From sequence record KX009778: a stretch of 64,000 nucleotides of DNA; one strand, written 5' to 3'. Both the position numbers and the translations under genes were made by a program. Within the stretch, counting starts at the first letter, position 1, and the number at the start of each line of letters is the position of its first letter. The stretch is from Escherichia phage UFV-AREG1. Shown in pieces: positions 18,753 through 28,511 of this stretch. A model generated the notes under the pieces. It did not search any database, was not told the DNA's origin, and saw only the letters and a program-made list of their open reading frames with translations.

Positions 18753-20179
18753 TAAAATTTTAATTCATTTGCCAAAGCATCTAACTGAGCTCGAGTGGAT
18801 TCATTTCTTTGATAACGATTCTGCTCAGCCTGAATCTGTTGTGAACCTGCTACTTCGTTCACTTCAGTTGGAGTAGAATCTTGTTCAATTTCTACCCATT
18901 TCTGATTTCCCTTTTGAACACCCATCAAAAACTTATTCCATTTGTTCTTATCACCATATCGTGATTTGATTTGCTTAATGAGTTGTTGTTCAGCAGCTGC
19001 TAGCTCCTCGGTTTCAATGACCGCAAGCATAAAATCGGCTGTTGCTGGAAGACCAGCAGATTCTGCAATATCGCTCATGTTAACATCAGAAGAATCCCAA
19101 GCTTGTTTACCAACCTGTGCTGCAGTCCAAAGAACAGTTTCGGTTTCAACAGCCAGAGCACGCAATTCCTCTGCAATAGCTTTAACAGTTGTGTAACTAT
19201 TTTCTGAATAAACTCTAATGCGGCAAGATTTACAAATACCTAGATAGTCGACAATAATGATTGTTGGAACAAAATTCTTTTTGAGCTTCAATTCATTCAA
19301 GAGAGACCTGAATGTATTAGCGTCTGCTCCACCAGTAGGATACTGTTTAACGATTAAACGGCCGAGAGTAGATTTCTCACGCCATTTTTCCATTTTTCCT
19401 TTATACTCAGCGTAAGAAATATGTCCATCATCAATGTCATCAAGAGAAACATCAAGCATATTAGCATCAATACGCTTAGCACAGACTTCTTCTGCCATTT
19501 CCATGGAAATATAAAGAACATTATGTCCGAGCTGTAAATAATCTGCCGCTAATGAACACAATCCTAATGATTTACCAACGTTAACGCCAGCCATTAAAAC
19601 GTTCAGTGTTCCAGTTTCAGCTCCGCCTTTCGTAATTTTGTTTAGAATTCTGAGTTTAAATGGAACCTTACGAGCTTTATTCATATAAGATAGCCAACGT
19701 GCTTCGTAGTCATCCATCCAATCATGACCAACGTAACTATCAAATGAAATTGATAATGCTTGGCGCATGATGTCAGGAATAGCACCAACATCCGGCATTT
19801 TCTTATTTCGTTTTTCCGGAGGAAGCTCAGCATTAGTTTGAATTTCGATTATTTTAGACGTAGCATTAAACATCGCCCTTTGCTGAACATATTTTTCTGT
19901 TTCTTTTATTAACCAACTGTGGTCTTCTGGAGAATCAGCTAGTTTTGAAATAAGTGTTTTTACACCAGAATATTCTGTTTCAGTAAATGAACTATTTTCT
20001 AATGCAACATTTAACGCATTAATAGATGGAACGCTATGGTACTCATTAACATGAGATTTAATTAATTTGAATGTATTTTTAGCTGGACCACTTTCAAAAT
20101 ATTCTGAATCCATATATGGCCAAACTTTTGAAAAATAAGCTTGATCAAATATGAGATGAGAAAGAATAATTTCTACCAC
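18752..20179 (-). CDS. 41: replicative DNA helicase gp41 (DnaB-like)
   Basis: 475 aa as T4 gp41; Walker A GVNVGKS; synteny with 61. Confidence 0.9.
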   Translation of the reverse strand: MVEIILSHLIFDQAYFSKVWPYMDSEYFESGPAKNTFKLIKSHVNEYHSVPSINALNVALENSSFTETEYSGVKTLISKLADSPEDHSWLIKETEKYVQQRAMFNATSKIIEIQTNAELPPEKRNKKMPDVGAIPDIMRQALSISFDSYVGHDWMDDYEARWLSYMNKARKVPFKLRILNKITKGGAETGTLNVLMAGVNVGKSLGLCSLAADYLQLGHNVLYISMEMAEEVCAKRIDANMLDVSLDDIDDGHISYAEYKGKMEKWREKSTLGRLIVKQYPTGGADANTFRSLLNELKLKKNFVPTIIIVDYLGICKSCRIRVYSENSYTTVKAIAEELRALAVETETVLWTAAQVGKQAWDSSDVNMSDIAESAGLPATADFMLAVIETEELAAAEQQLIKQIKSRYGDKNKWNKFLMGVQKGNQKWVEIEQDSTPTEVNEVAGSQQIQAEQNRYQRNESTRAQLDALANELKF

Positions 20180-20188
20180 ACTTACTCC

Positions 20189-20545
20189 TTAAAAGAATTT
20201 AAATTTTTTCTTTGACCTTTTATTAAATGCATCTTGTAGTTGCATTGTAATACATTTTTCTACATGAGGAGCTAACTCAGCTTTTCTTTCTTGGTCAAGA
20301 ACAGCAAAGTCCATTACAACCTTTCCATCAACCCAATCCAGTTTAGTTACATACACTATATGTGTAGAACCATCTTCTAGTTTAATGACAATCTCCTGGA
20401 TAACATTTTCCATAGCAGATTTAATTATCTTAAGAGACTCATTAAAAAGACGTTCTTTTCTTTCTTCTTCCCCCTCCGAAGAGGGGGATTCATCGATAAT
20501 TTCTAAATCTAAATCATCTTTATTCATTAAATTCTTCCATATCAC
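20189..20545 (-). CDS. gene 40-position protein
   Basis: 118 aa between 41 and uvsX; synteny only. Confidence 0.5.
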   Translation of the reverse strand: MIWKNLMNKDDLDLEIIDESPSSEGEEERKERLFNESLKIIKSAMENVIQEIVIKLEDGSTHIVYVTKLDWVDGKVVMDFAVLDQERKAELAPHVEKCITMQLQDAFNKRSKKKFKFF

Positions 20546-21701
20546 TTAACTGCTCGAGGTCAGTTTCTAAATCAGCAGCTGATTTACTTTTACTTTCTGG
20601 AGATTTAAATTTTTCAACCTTTGAGTTAATCAATTCATCAACTTCAGCTTCAACAATTTCATTACTATCAATAGCACCTAACTGATAAGCACGTTTAATA
20701 GCATCTCGGAATGGTTGATGCTTAAATAAAGGACCCCAGAATGTAGTGCAGTTGGTATCTTTTGCACGCCAAGATTTTTCTTCGCGAATCATCTCACCGG
20801 TTTCTTCATCAAGAAATTCACGAGCATACCAACCATTCTTAGGTTTTACCACGAATCCTAATTCTAGAGCCATATCTAACAATCCAGAATAAGGATCGAT
20901 ACCACCGTCAAATTTAACATCAATAAAGAATTTACTTTTTTCTTTAACGGTACGAGATTTTTCTACATTTAGAACAAATTGATACCCCTGAAGATCAGAA
21001 CCATCTTTAATCTGACGTTTACCGATAATGAATACAGTATCAGCCGAATACATTACGCCTGTACCACCTGTCATCACGGTTTTACTAAACATTTCAATTG
21101 TTTCAATTGTATGGTTAACCGCAACACATGGAATATTTTTAATGCTAAAGTAAGGAGTAACAATACGGAATAATGACTTCAGTGATTTAGCACGAGTCAT
21201 ATCTGCCACAGATTTTTCATTCAAGGCATCTTCCGTTTCTTTCTTAGAAGCCATATTACCAATTGAGTCGATGAATACAATAACCTTTTCACCACGCTCA
21301 ATAGCTTCAAGCTGGTTCACCATATCAATTTTCAGCTGTTCAACTGACTGAATCGGCGTATGAATTACTCGTTCCGGGTCAACTCCCATGGATCGCAAAT
21401 AAGCTGGAGTAATACCAAATTCACTATCATAGAATAGACAAACCGCGTCAGGATATTTGTTCAAATATGCCGCAACCATAGTCAAAGACATATTTGATTT
21501 AAAGTGTTTAGAAGGCCCTGCGAAAATAGTTAAACCAGACTGCATGCCGCCATCAATCGCACCAGAAATAGCAATATTAAGCATTGGGATTTTTGTACGG
21601 ATTACATCCTTTTCATTAAAGAATTTAGATGTAGTCAGTTCAGCAGTCATTTTAGAAGTGGAAGCTTTAATCAAACGGGATTTTAAATCTGCAATAGACA
21701 T
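20520..21701 (-). CDS. uvsX: UvsX recombinase (RecA/Rad51 family)
   Basis: 393 aa; N-terminus MSIADLKSRLIKASTSKMTAELTTSKFFNEKD and Walker A region match T4 UvsX as recalled. Confidence 0.9.
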   Translation of the reverse strand: MSIADLKSRLIKASTSKMTAELTTSKFFNEKDVIRTKIPMLNIAISGAIDGGMQSGLTIFAGPSKHFKSNMSLTMVAAYLNKYPDAVCLFYDSEFGITPAYLRSMGVDPERVIHTPIQSVEQLKIDMVNQLEAIERGEKVIVFIDSIGNMASKKETEDALNEKSVADMTRAKSLKSLFRIVTPYFSIKNIPCVAVNHTIETIEMFSKTVMTGGTGVMYSADTVFIIGKRQIKDGSDLQGYQFVLNVEKSRTVKEKSKFFIDVKFDGGIDPYSGLLDMALELGFVVKPKNGWYAREFLDEETGEMIREEKSWRAKDTNCTTFWGPLFKHQPFRDAIKRAYQLGAIDSNEIVEAEVDELINSKVEKFKSPESKSKSAADLETDLEQLSDMEEFNE

Positions 21702-21778
21702 TCATTTTTTCCATAGGCATCATTATATTTTCCTCACTGGTTAAAGATAGAGTAATTATAACACAATAAATTTAGGCA

Positions 21779-22627
21779 TTAATCAACTGCTATCGGATGA
21801 ATAGCATTAAACTTATGAAATGCTTCTGATTTTTCTTTACGTGAAACACACATGCGAAGAACCTTTAATGGCTCGTCTTCTTCACCCAACGATTTTCGTT
21901 TTTCAATATTCAACGTTTTCCAACGAGCTTGCTCTGGAAATTCTTTATTGATTTGCTCAAGCGCTCTATTATGTTTAGAATTACTACGAATTGAACTGCA
22001 CCCACCAGGAGCTTGTGCTTTTCCAGATACAACCAGATATTTGAACAAGGCCAAATGCGGATAACCTTGATTAATTAAATTGAGAAATGCATACATATCT
22101 TCACATAAATCAATTTTTCCATACCCAATTTGTTCTGTCGTAAGTTTTCCGAGGTCATACCATGTATTCGTGAATCCATATGAATTTTCACGATAATTAC
22201 CCCAAGATGAAGTAATTTTAAAAATTGGTAGGCGAGCATGACCATGATAATACCCGCAATCCATGGCATCTTCAACGTATTGAATCAATTCATAGAACTG
22301 TTCACGAGTCAATTGATTGACTTTATCCACACAACGACGGTCATCTCTTTTTCGCATTGAACTCATACGAATAGTAGTATCATCGTCAATCATCCAGATT
22401 CGTTGACCTGCATACATATCAGTAATTGCTTTACGAGTACCGGCAATTCCGTTTACATCATCAGGAATAGTTATAATTTTAGCTCTAGACCCATAGGCAT
22501 CATAATAAGCTTTTTCTTCATGTTCACGCACTACAATATGGGGTTCATAATCAGTCGGAAACATATCAAGGGCAGAAACTGCCCCGACACGCTGATAACT
22601 TGGAATTACGAATTGAATCATTTCCAC
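21779..22627 (-). CDS. GT-A-fold glycosyltransferase, candidate hmC-DNA glycosyltransferase
   Basis: 282 aa with DXD motif (WMIDDDTT); occupies the slot between uvsX and gene 42 where T4 has beta-gt, but no similarity to T4 beta-gt as recalled. Confidence 0.6.
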   Translation of the reverse strand: MEMIQFVIPSYQRVGAVSALDMFPTDYEPHIVVREHEEKAYYDAYGSRAKIITIPDDVNGIAGTRKAITDMYAGQRIWMIDDDTTIRMSSMRKRDDRRCVDKVNQLTREQFYELIQYVEDAMDCGYYHGHARLPIFKITSSWGNYRENSYGFTNTWYDLGKLTTEQIGYGKIDLCEDMYAFLNLINQGYPHLALFKYLVVSGKAQAPGGCSSIRSNSKHNRALEQINKEFPEQARWKTLNIEKRKSLGEEDEPLKVLRMCVSRKEKSEAFHKFNAIHPIAVD

Positions 22628-23358
22628 TCACCTTTATAGTCTTTTTTCACAATATGAGTTTCGCCAGTATTCCACCAATGATCAACCAAGTAAAAATGAC
22701 GAGAATATACATGAAGACTTCCGACATTCCATATAATAGAACCTGCTTCATACTGACGAGTTGAATCGCCGGCATTCAAATCAGATACTAATTTATCTAA
22801 TACGTATTTTTGCCATGCATAATCATTACGGAATCCGAAGACCACGTCATTTGAGCGCATGCTTACTACTGCATTGACTTTCTTATCACGAATCAGGTAC
22901 TGTACTGTATTAGTACACATGAAATCTGACATACCATCTTTATTGTAGTCAAATTGCATGGATGGACGAGTATAAATCATGATACCACGTCGAGAATCAG
23001 GATTTTGACCAAGTTCAGCTAAACACATATCATATTGAGCATAGTTATCTTCTGACCAAATAGCCCAACCATAATTCGAGTTAATTTCGCCTTTAGAAGA
23101 TGCTACCTGCTGCCAAATCTTTGGTGTTTCACCTGGAATATCTTTAACAAACAAGCTCTTAGATTTATACCATTCAAGTTCACGCTGAATGTATTCATCA
23201 TTAAGAGCACCAAAAATAAACGGTTCATCTGCTACAAATGATGCGCCAATAATTTCAATAGTTTTAACACCAGTTTTATCAACTACGAAATCTTTTTCTT
23301 TTAATGCAAGCCCCAAATGAAGACGGATTTCTTCAACTGTCATAGAGTCACTAATCAT
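22618..23358 (-). CDS. 42: dCMP hydroxymethylase gp42
   Basis: 246 aa as T4 gp42; thymidylate-synthase-like fold; synteny. Confidence 0.9.
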   Translation of the reverse strand: MISDSMTVEEIRLHLGLALKEKDFVVDKTGVKTIEIIGASFVADEPFIFGALNDEYIQRELEWYKSKSLFVKDIPGETPKIWQQVASSKGEINSNYGWAIWSEDNYAQYDMCLAELGQNPDSRRGIMIYTRPSMQFDYNKDGMSDFMCTNTVQYLIRDKKVNAVVSMRSNDVVFGFRNDYAWQKYVLDKLVSDLNAGDSTRQYEAGSIIWNVGSLHVYSRHFYLVDHWWNTGETHIVKKDYKGEWK

Positions 23359-23511
23359 TTAAACCTCAATTGATACATTCATATTTAACTTGTAACAGTA
23401 ATAAACCCCAACCTAAAATAATAGTTGGAATCATAAGAGGAACCGTTACACTATAGTATATACTTATTATAATCATCAAGATTAAAAGCAACACTGCTAT
23501 AATTTTGCTTT

Positions 23512-23763
23512 TCATTCCTTCTCTCTGATGATAATTACCTGATTTGGTTGTGCAGACTTTTTAGTTTCACCAGCAATTGACCAAATAAATGTAATAAACC
23601 AACCAATAATTGACCAGTTAAACAGTAAAGATGTGAAAAAGATTCCTACTGTCGATTTTGACCCACGCATCAAGGCGATAAACCACGGAAGCATGTATAT
23701 AATAATAGCCAACACGCCTGAAACTAAAACCATAAAAATTGAACCTGCTACTAAAGTTTCCAT
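23512..23763 (-). CDS. imm: Imm superinfection immunity membrane protein
   Basis: 83 aa, two predicted transmembrane helices; size and position as T4 Imm. Confidence 0.75.
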   Translation of the reverse strand: METLVAGSIFMVLVSGVLAIIIYMLPWFIALMRGSKSTVGIFFTSLLFNWSIIGWFITFIWSIAGETKKSAQPNQVIIIREKE

Positions 23764-23770
23764 CTTTTCC

Positions 23771-24151
23771 TCACTTAGTCAAATTTTTTACGCATGAATT
23801 ATAAGAATTCACTACATACTCCATCGGAGCATTTTTACCGGTACGCCATTGGTAATTATTAGCCCAATTTGCCCAAAGCTCGGCGCAGTAGTTTTCAATT
23901 TTTTCTTCGCGTGTAATTACATCCGAATTACGATATGCTTGAGCAGATTCATCTGGACGAATAGCTTCGTCAAAATTTGCCTGCATTTGTTCTACTGTTT
24001 GCTTTGGAGCTTCTTTATAACACTTGACATTAGGATTATAAAATTTGCTTGAACAGTTTACAATTTTTCCTTCATCAGACTGATTTACTACCGGTCCTTG
24101 AGCTACACAACCAGTAAGACATAATGCAATAACCAAAATAGCGATTTTCAT
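23771..24151 (-). CDS. putative lipoprotein
   Basis: 126 aa; signal peptide with lipobox LTGC (MKIAILVIALCLTGCVAQG). Confidence 0.5.
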   Translation of the reverse strand: MKIAILVIALCLTGCVAQGPVVNQSDEGKIVNCSSKFYNPNVKCYKEAPKQTVEQMQANFDEAIRPDESAQAYRNSDVITREEKIENYCAELWANWANNYQWRTGKNAPMEYVVNSYNSCVKNLTK

Positions 24152-24161
24152 AATAATTTCC

Positions 24162-24398
24162 TCAAATGCAAGTAGTAATTACTCCAGTAGTGCTTATGCA
24201 GATATTACCCATTTGCACACCTAAAGACCCATTTGTATTCACATGAAGATTATCATCAATTTTAACTGATATTTTACCATTAGTGTGAATAACGGTGCTA
24301 GATTCAATCACAGGTTGAGTATCATTTTCAACACTAACAAATGGAACTGCTGCTAATGCAACTAAACACACTGCTAAACATCCCATAACAATTTTCAT
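24162..24398 (-). CDS. small secreted protein
   Basis: ORF 24162-24410; start moved to MKIVMGCLAV (signal peptide); first ATG lies in the shared GGAGAATAAAATG leader. Confidence 0.5.
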   Translation of the reverse strand: MKIVMGCLAVCLVALAAVPFVSVENDTQPVIESSTVIHTNGKISVKIDDNLHVNTNGSLGVQMGNICISTTGVITTCI

Positions 24399-24419
24399 TT
24401 TATTCTCCAAATCTGTATC

Positions 24420-24462
24420 AGTTGATAGTTGTATAGTACCACAGAGGAACAGTCTTGTAAAC
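24420..24462. repeat. 43-bp dispersed repeat (promoter cassette), second copy at 50173-50215
   Basis: AGTTGATAGTTGTATAGTACCACAGAGGAACAGTCTTGTAAAC identical at both loci; partial third copy at 51614-51657. Confidence 0.8.
24433..24462 (-). promoter_or_regulatory. early promoter (cassette copy)
   Basis: minus strand GTTTACA-17-TACTAT; 43-bp identical to 50173-50215. Confidence 0.55.
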
Positions 24463-24549
24463 AGTTTTGTGAAAAATTTTTAGGGAATTCTAAAGGTCCA
24501 GAATCATCTGTTTTTCATAAGTATAGATTTATATTACTTGTATGAAAAA

Positions 24550-24565
24550 GGGACCCGGAGGTCCC
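24550..24565 (-). terminator. stem-loop downstream of gene 43
   Basis: GGGACC-CGGA-GGTCCC. Confidence 0.5.
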
Positions 24566-24578
24566 TAGATTTATTCTA

Positions 24579-27275
24579 TCAGCCAAACAGGAAGTCTAAC
24601 GAAGCTTTTTCTTCATAGTCCATACCAGCCGATTCACACATGCCCGCAAGCGGTTTAACAAACGATTTTTGGAACAAAGTTGAGTAGTCAATCCAAGACA
24701 GTACATCAGAACGAATTTCTTTTGGAAGTTCTGTACCCGACGGCCAAGCAATGCACTTGTCACCAAATGGATTTCCCTCACGTAATGGAAGAACCATTAC
24801 CTTATTTCCATCCAAAATTGGAGCTACACCTAAACCGTTAACAGCTCGACGATAAGTTAGCACACCACGAATATGGAACGGACATTTAAATCCTGGCCAA
24901 CCTTTATCATCATATTTCGCTATATCGTTCGCAGTTTTTACTTCAGCAATAACTTTATAATCAAGTTGACGATATTCTTTCTCAAAGTTCTTATAGTATT
25001 CTTGGACAGACTCTTCGCCTTCCTGAAGAATGCGACGAATACTTTCTTCGAGAGCTTCTTGCACTGCTTTTGGTGTTGAACTCTGCTGAGTTTCCATACC
25101 CATGATTTTTAGATGTGGTTCAGCAAATCGCTTATCTTCCATATCATAAACGTTCAGAGCATAACGTTTTTTCGCTTTCCAAAATCCACCGACACCCTTT
25201 GAACCAAGCGGAGGACAAGAAATAGCTTCACGGTCCATATGCATCAGATGCTCGCGGTTATTCATATAATCACATAACTCACGATATGCAACATCAATCA
25301 TAGGTTCCATCTTTTTCTTACCAAACTGATTCATGAATTCAACTAAATCATTTTGTTCTTTAAAGCGGTCAAGACCTACTTTTTCAATTACTTTATCTAC
25401 ACAAACATATACCGAATCAGTATCACCTGCTGCGATGAAATCTTCACCATCAGTTCCACACACTTTATTCAGATATTCATTAATTTTACGAGCAATCCAC
25501 TGAATACCAACTTGACCAAAAATTGTGATAGCAGTAGCATTTCGCAAATCATAGTAACGGAAATGAATATTACCAAGAGCACCATAAAGACTGTTGATAA
25601 GAATTTTACGGTTCAGCTGATTTGTGTTAGCAAGTGTAGCTGCTTTTTCACATTCTTCGATCAGACTATTAAGAACAGATTCAGTGTAATTCGATAATTC
25701 GTTTAAGAAATCATCACTGAACTTAACATATCGTTCAACTTCTGGTTTAGTTGAGCAAGACCCTGCACCTTTCATAATAATCTTTTTAATAGCTTCGGCA
25801 TTCATTTCTTCGGCGAACATTTTCTTTTTCCAATCTTTACGCTGGAAAAATACTTTAGCGATTTCCTTTGGAATGATACCTTCTTGATGCTTATCATACA
25901 TCCATCCATTCGGAGAACAAGAATATTCATCACTCGGTTTAGGAGCTGTTCCTGCGATATATTCATGAATTGGATGAACTTTAAACTGACCACGAATAGT
26001 CTCAGGACTAATGTTAACCTGACGAATAATGCTCGGATACAGAGACGTCAAGTCAAAACTCATAATATATCGACGAGCAATTGGTTTAGGTTCAAATACA
26101 AATGCACCCGGAAAACTTTGTTTAACGTGCGAACCTTGTTGAGGAATAACCTTGTGTTCACTTTTCAGTGAGTTAAAAATAATAGCATCCCAAGTTTTAA
26201 TAGGACTCATTACACCAGAAAAAGGCATTTTAGCGTAATAAGACATACTTAAAACTAGATCAATAAACCCGCGAATTTTATCAATTGCTTGAACTGATTC
26301 TACGTCAATGATGTTATAACTGATGTATCGTTGATGATTAGTCTCACGAAGTTTATTAATAGGACCGTCGTATGGTAATTTGCCCTTTTTGGTTTCATGT
26401 TGAGCAACTGATTCCAAAGAGAATGACGGCAAATTAGTAAATGCGAATTTCTTGTACAAATCTAAATAATCAAGAATAGATACGCCATCAATAGAATAAA
26501 TTTCTTTGCTACCGTACACATTTTGAATTAGTTTAGATTTTACTCGACCGATTGGAGAGAAGCGTTTCATACTACGTTCACCGAGAACCATTTTAACGCG
26601 ATTCATGATATACGGAACGTCAAATCCCTCAATATTCCAACCAGTAAAAATAGCAGGTCGTTTCTGTTCCCAGAGATTGATATATTCCATGAGCATATCA
26701 CGCTCATTATCGAATGGCATATAAATTACTCGGTCAAGAATTTCTTGAGGAACTTCATCACCACCTTCACAGTCAAGCTTAGCAGCTAGCTTTGCATCCC
26801 ATTTTGATACTGAACCATACATTGAATTCAAAAGGTCGAAAACATAAAAACGATCATCAATTGAATCGTAATGAGTGATAGCATCAATTTCATATTCAGC
26901 TTTCATTGGGTCAGGAAATTTATCACCAGTAACCTCAATGTCACAGTTAGCTACACGAACAAATTTTCGGTCATAAACAATTTCTGAACCGTATGTATCA
27001 CTGATATAAGCGAGTTTAAAATCGTTCATACCGAGAGCTTCGAGACCGATGTCTTCCATTCGTTTCATCCAATCTCGAGCATCTTTCATTGATGGAAATT
27101 TTTGAGGAGCGCAGTTTTTACCATAGATGTCTTTGTACTTTGACTCTTCCTTACAATGCCTAAACATAGTTGGAAGATATTCTACTTCACGAGTACGTTC
27201 ATTTCCATTTTCATCAATATAACGCTCAACAATGTTATTTCCGACTGTTTCAATAGAGATATAAAATTCTTTCAT
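24579..27275 (-). CDS. 43: DNA polymerase gp43 (family B)
   Basis: 898 aa as T4 gp43; exonuclease and polymerase motifs (e.g. YGDTDS) present. Confidence 0.95.
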   Translation of the reverse strand: MKEFYISIETVGNNIVERYIDENGNERTREVEYLPTMFRHCKEESKYKDIYGKNCAPQKFPSMKDARDWMKRMEDIGLEALGMNDFKLAYISDTYGSEIVYDRKFVRVANCDIEVTGDKFPDPMKAEYEIDAITHYDSIDDRFYVFDLLNSMYGSVSKWDAKLAAKLDCEGGDEVPQEILDRVIYMPFDNERDMLMEYINLWEQKRPAIFTGWNIEGFDVPYIMNRVKMVLGERSMKRFSPIGRVKSKLIQNVYGSKEIYSIDGVSILDYLDLYKKFAFTNLPSFSLESVAQHETKKGKLPYDGPINKLRETNHQRYISYNIIDVESVQAIDKIRGFIDLVLSMSYYAKMPFSGVMSPIKTWDAIIFNSLKSEHKVIPQQGSHVKQSFPGAFVFEPKPIARRYIMSFDLTSLYPSIIRQVNISPETIRGQFKVHPIHEYIAGTAPKPSDEYSCSPNGWMYDKHQEGIIPKEIAKVFFQRKDWKKKMFAEEMNAEAIKKIIMKGAGSCSTKPEVERYVKFSDDFLNELSNYTESVLNSLIEECEKAATLANTNQLNRKILINSLYGALGNIHFRYYDLRNATAITIFGQVGIQWIARKINEYLNKVCGTDGEDFIAAGDTDSVYVCVDKVIEKVGLDRFKEQNDLVEFMNQFGKKKMEPMIDVAYRELCDYMNNREHLMHMDREAISCPPLGSKGVGGFWKAKKRYALNVYDMEDKRFAEPHLKIMGMETQQSSTPKAVQEALEESIRRILQEGEESVQEYYKNFEKEYRQLDYKVIAEVKTANDIAKYDDKGWPGFKCPFHIRGVLTYRRAVNGLGVAPILDGNKVMVLPLREGNPFGDKCIAWPSGTELPKEIRSDVLSWIDYSTLFQKSFVKPLAGMCESAGMDYEEKASLDFLFG

Positions 27276-27335
27276 AGATATTCCTTAGTTTATAGCCCGA
27301 GTTATTAGGCTCTTGATATATTATACTCCAATTAA

Positions 27336-27349
27336 GGGGCCGAAGCCCC
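27336..27349 (-). terminator. stem-loop with UUCG-type tetraloop upstream of gene 43
   Basis: GGGGC-CGAA-GCCCC. Confidence 0.45.
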
Positions 27350-27353
27350 TTGC

Positions 27354-27575
27354 TTAAATTAGTACTATTTGTCGGGTGAAAATTGTCAATCCATCTACAT
27401 TAATTGACTTAACGACTGCAGTAAAGTGTTTTTGTTCTGGGTGAATTAATTTTTGAAATTCTACCTGAAATTTTAGTTGGAGGTTTTCTGGTAAATCAAA
27501 AAGTGTTTCTGTCGCAGAAAGATTATATTTTTCTTTAAGAGACGCCATGTATTCTTGCGGAGTTATAGCAGTCAT
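27354..27575 (-). CDS. hypothetical small protein
   Basis: ORF 27354-27617; start moved to MTAITPQEY so that it abuts the regA stop. Confidence 0.4.
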   Translation of the reverse strand: MTAITPQEYMASLKEKYNLSATETLFDLPENLQLKFQVEFQKLIHPEQKHFTAVVKSINVDGLTIFTRQIVLI

Positions 27576-27576
27576 A

Positions 27577-27945
27577 TTAATTACCAATCGTATATTTAGG
27601 AACGAGTTTCCATTCATGTTTTTGCTTAAAAGAAATAACTCGGAAGTTATTAGTTAAATCTTTCATAAAAGTTCTTTGACCTGGAGCGATTTCAATCAGT
27701 CCCCAATCTTCTAACAGCCATGCAATCGAATCACGACGAACTTCATCTTCTTCTGTCATTTCAACTTGACGACCATCCATACGAAGCATTTCTTTAAAAT
27801 GAACGATATAGTATAGTCCTTTTTTCTGGAGAATATGACAGGATTGATACAGAACTTTATCTTTATTATTAGCAATTCCCATACGAGTCAGAGTTTCTTT
27901 AACTTTCAGAAAATCTTCAGGTTTTTTAAGAGTAATTTCAATCAT
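27577..27945 (-). CDS. regA: translational repressor RegA
   Basis: 122 aa as T4 RegA; position between 62 and 43. Confidence 0.85.
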   Translation of the reverse strand: MIEITLKKPEDFLKVKETLTRMGIANNKDKVLYQSCHILQKKGLYYIVHFKEMLRMDGRQVEMTEEDEVRRDSIAWLLEDWGLIEIAPGQRTFMKDLTNNFRVISFKQKHEWKLVPKYTIGN

Positions 27946-27946
27946 T

Positions 27947-28510
27947 TTACCATTCCAATGCTAGTTTTTTGAGTTGTTTCTGTTCTTTTACATTCTTAGT
28001 CACTTCTTTCAAAAAATCATCCGTGACTAAACCTTTTAGTTCTTTTAATACTAAAGGAAGTTTTCCATTTTTAGTAAGAATTGATTTATAGTTAATTGCA
28101 TCGTTTGTATTAACTTGATACCGCTTAGCAAGTAACTTAATAATCAATACTTCAGTAGAATCTTCGACCAGTTTTGCCCATTTACCATATCTTTTACCCC
28201 GAGGAACAGCAGCCATCAGATAATTAAAATGGGCTTCATCGCTTAAACCTGATCCAATTAAATTCATAGCATATACAGCTGGCATGCACTCAGGAAATTG
28301 TGATAATGCATTCTCAACCATGTATTTTGAATAATCTTTTTGAGCAATAGAGCATTTAGTTTTATTATTAATAGCTCCAATTATTTCAAAAAATTCATTT
28401 TCAGCTTTTTCTTTAAAAGAATCAGCAGCAGATTGGACAGCTGTCCAATCTTTTGAATACCAAGCAACTTGATGCTCGTTTAATTGAATATCATCTTCAA
28501 ATAAGCTCAT
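27947..28510 (-). CDS. 62: clamp loader small subunit gp62
   Basis: ORF 27947-28531; start at [22 protein letters not shown] gives 187 aa as T4 gp62. Confidence 0.85.
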   Translation of the reverse strand: MSLFEDDIQLNEHQVAWYSKDWTAVQSAADSFKEKAENEFFEIIGAINNKTKCSIAQKDYSKYMVENALSQFPECMPAVYAMNLIGSGLSDEAHFNYLMAAVPRGKRYGKWAKLVEDSTEVLIIKLLAKRYQVNTNDAINYKSILTKNGKLPLVLKELKGLVTDDFLKEVTKNVKEQKQLKKLALEW

Positions 28511-28511
28511 A

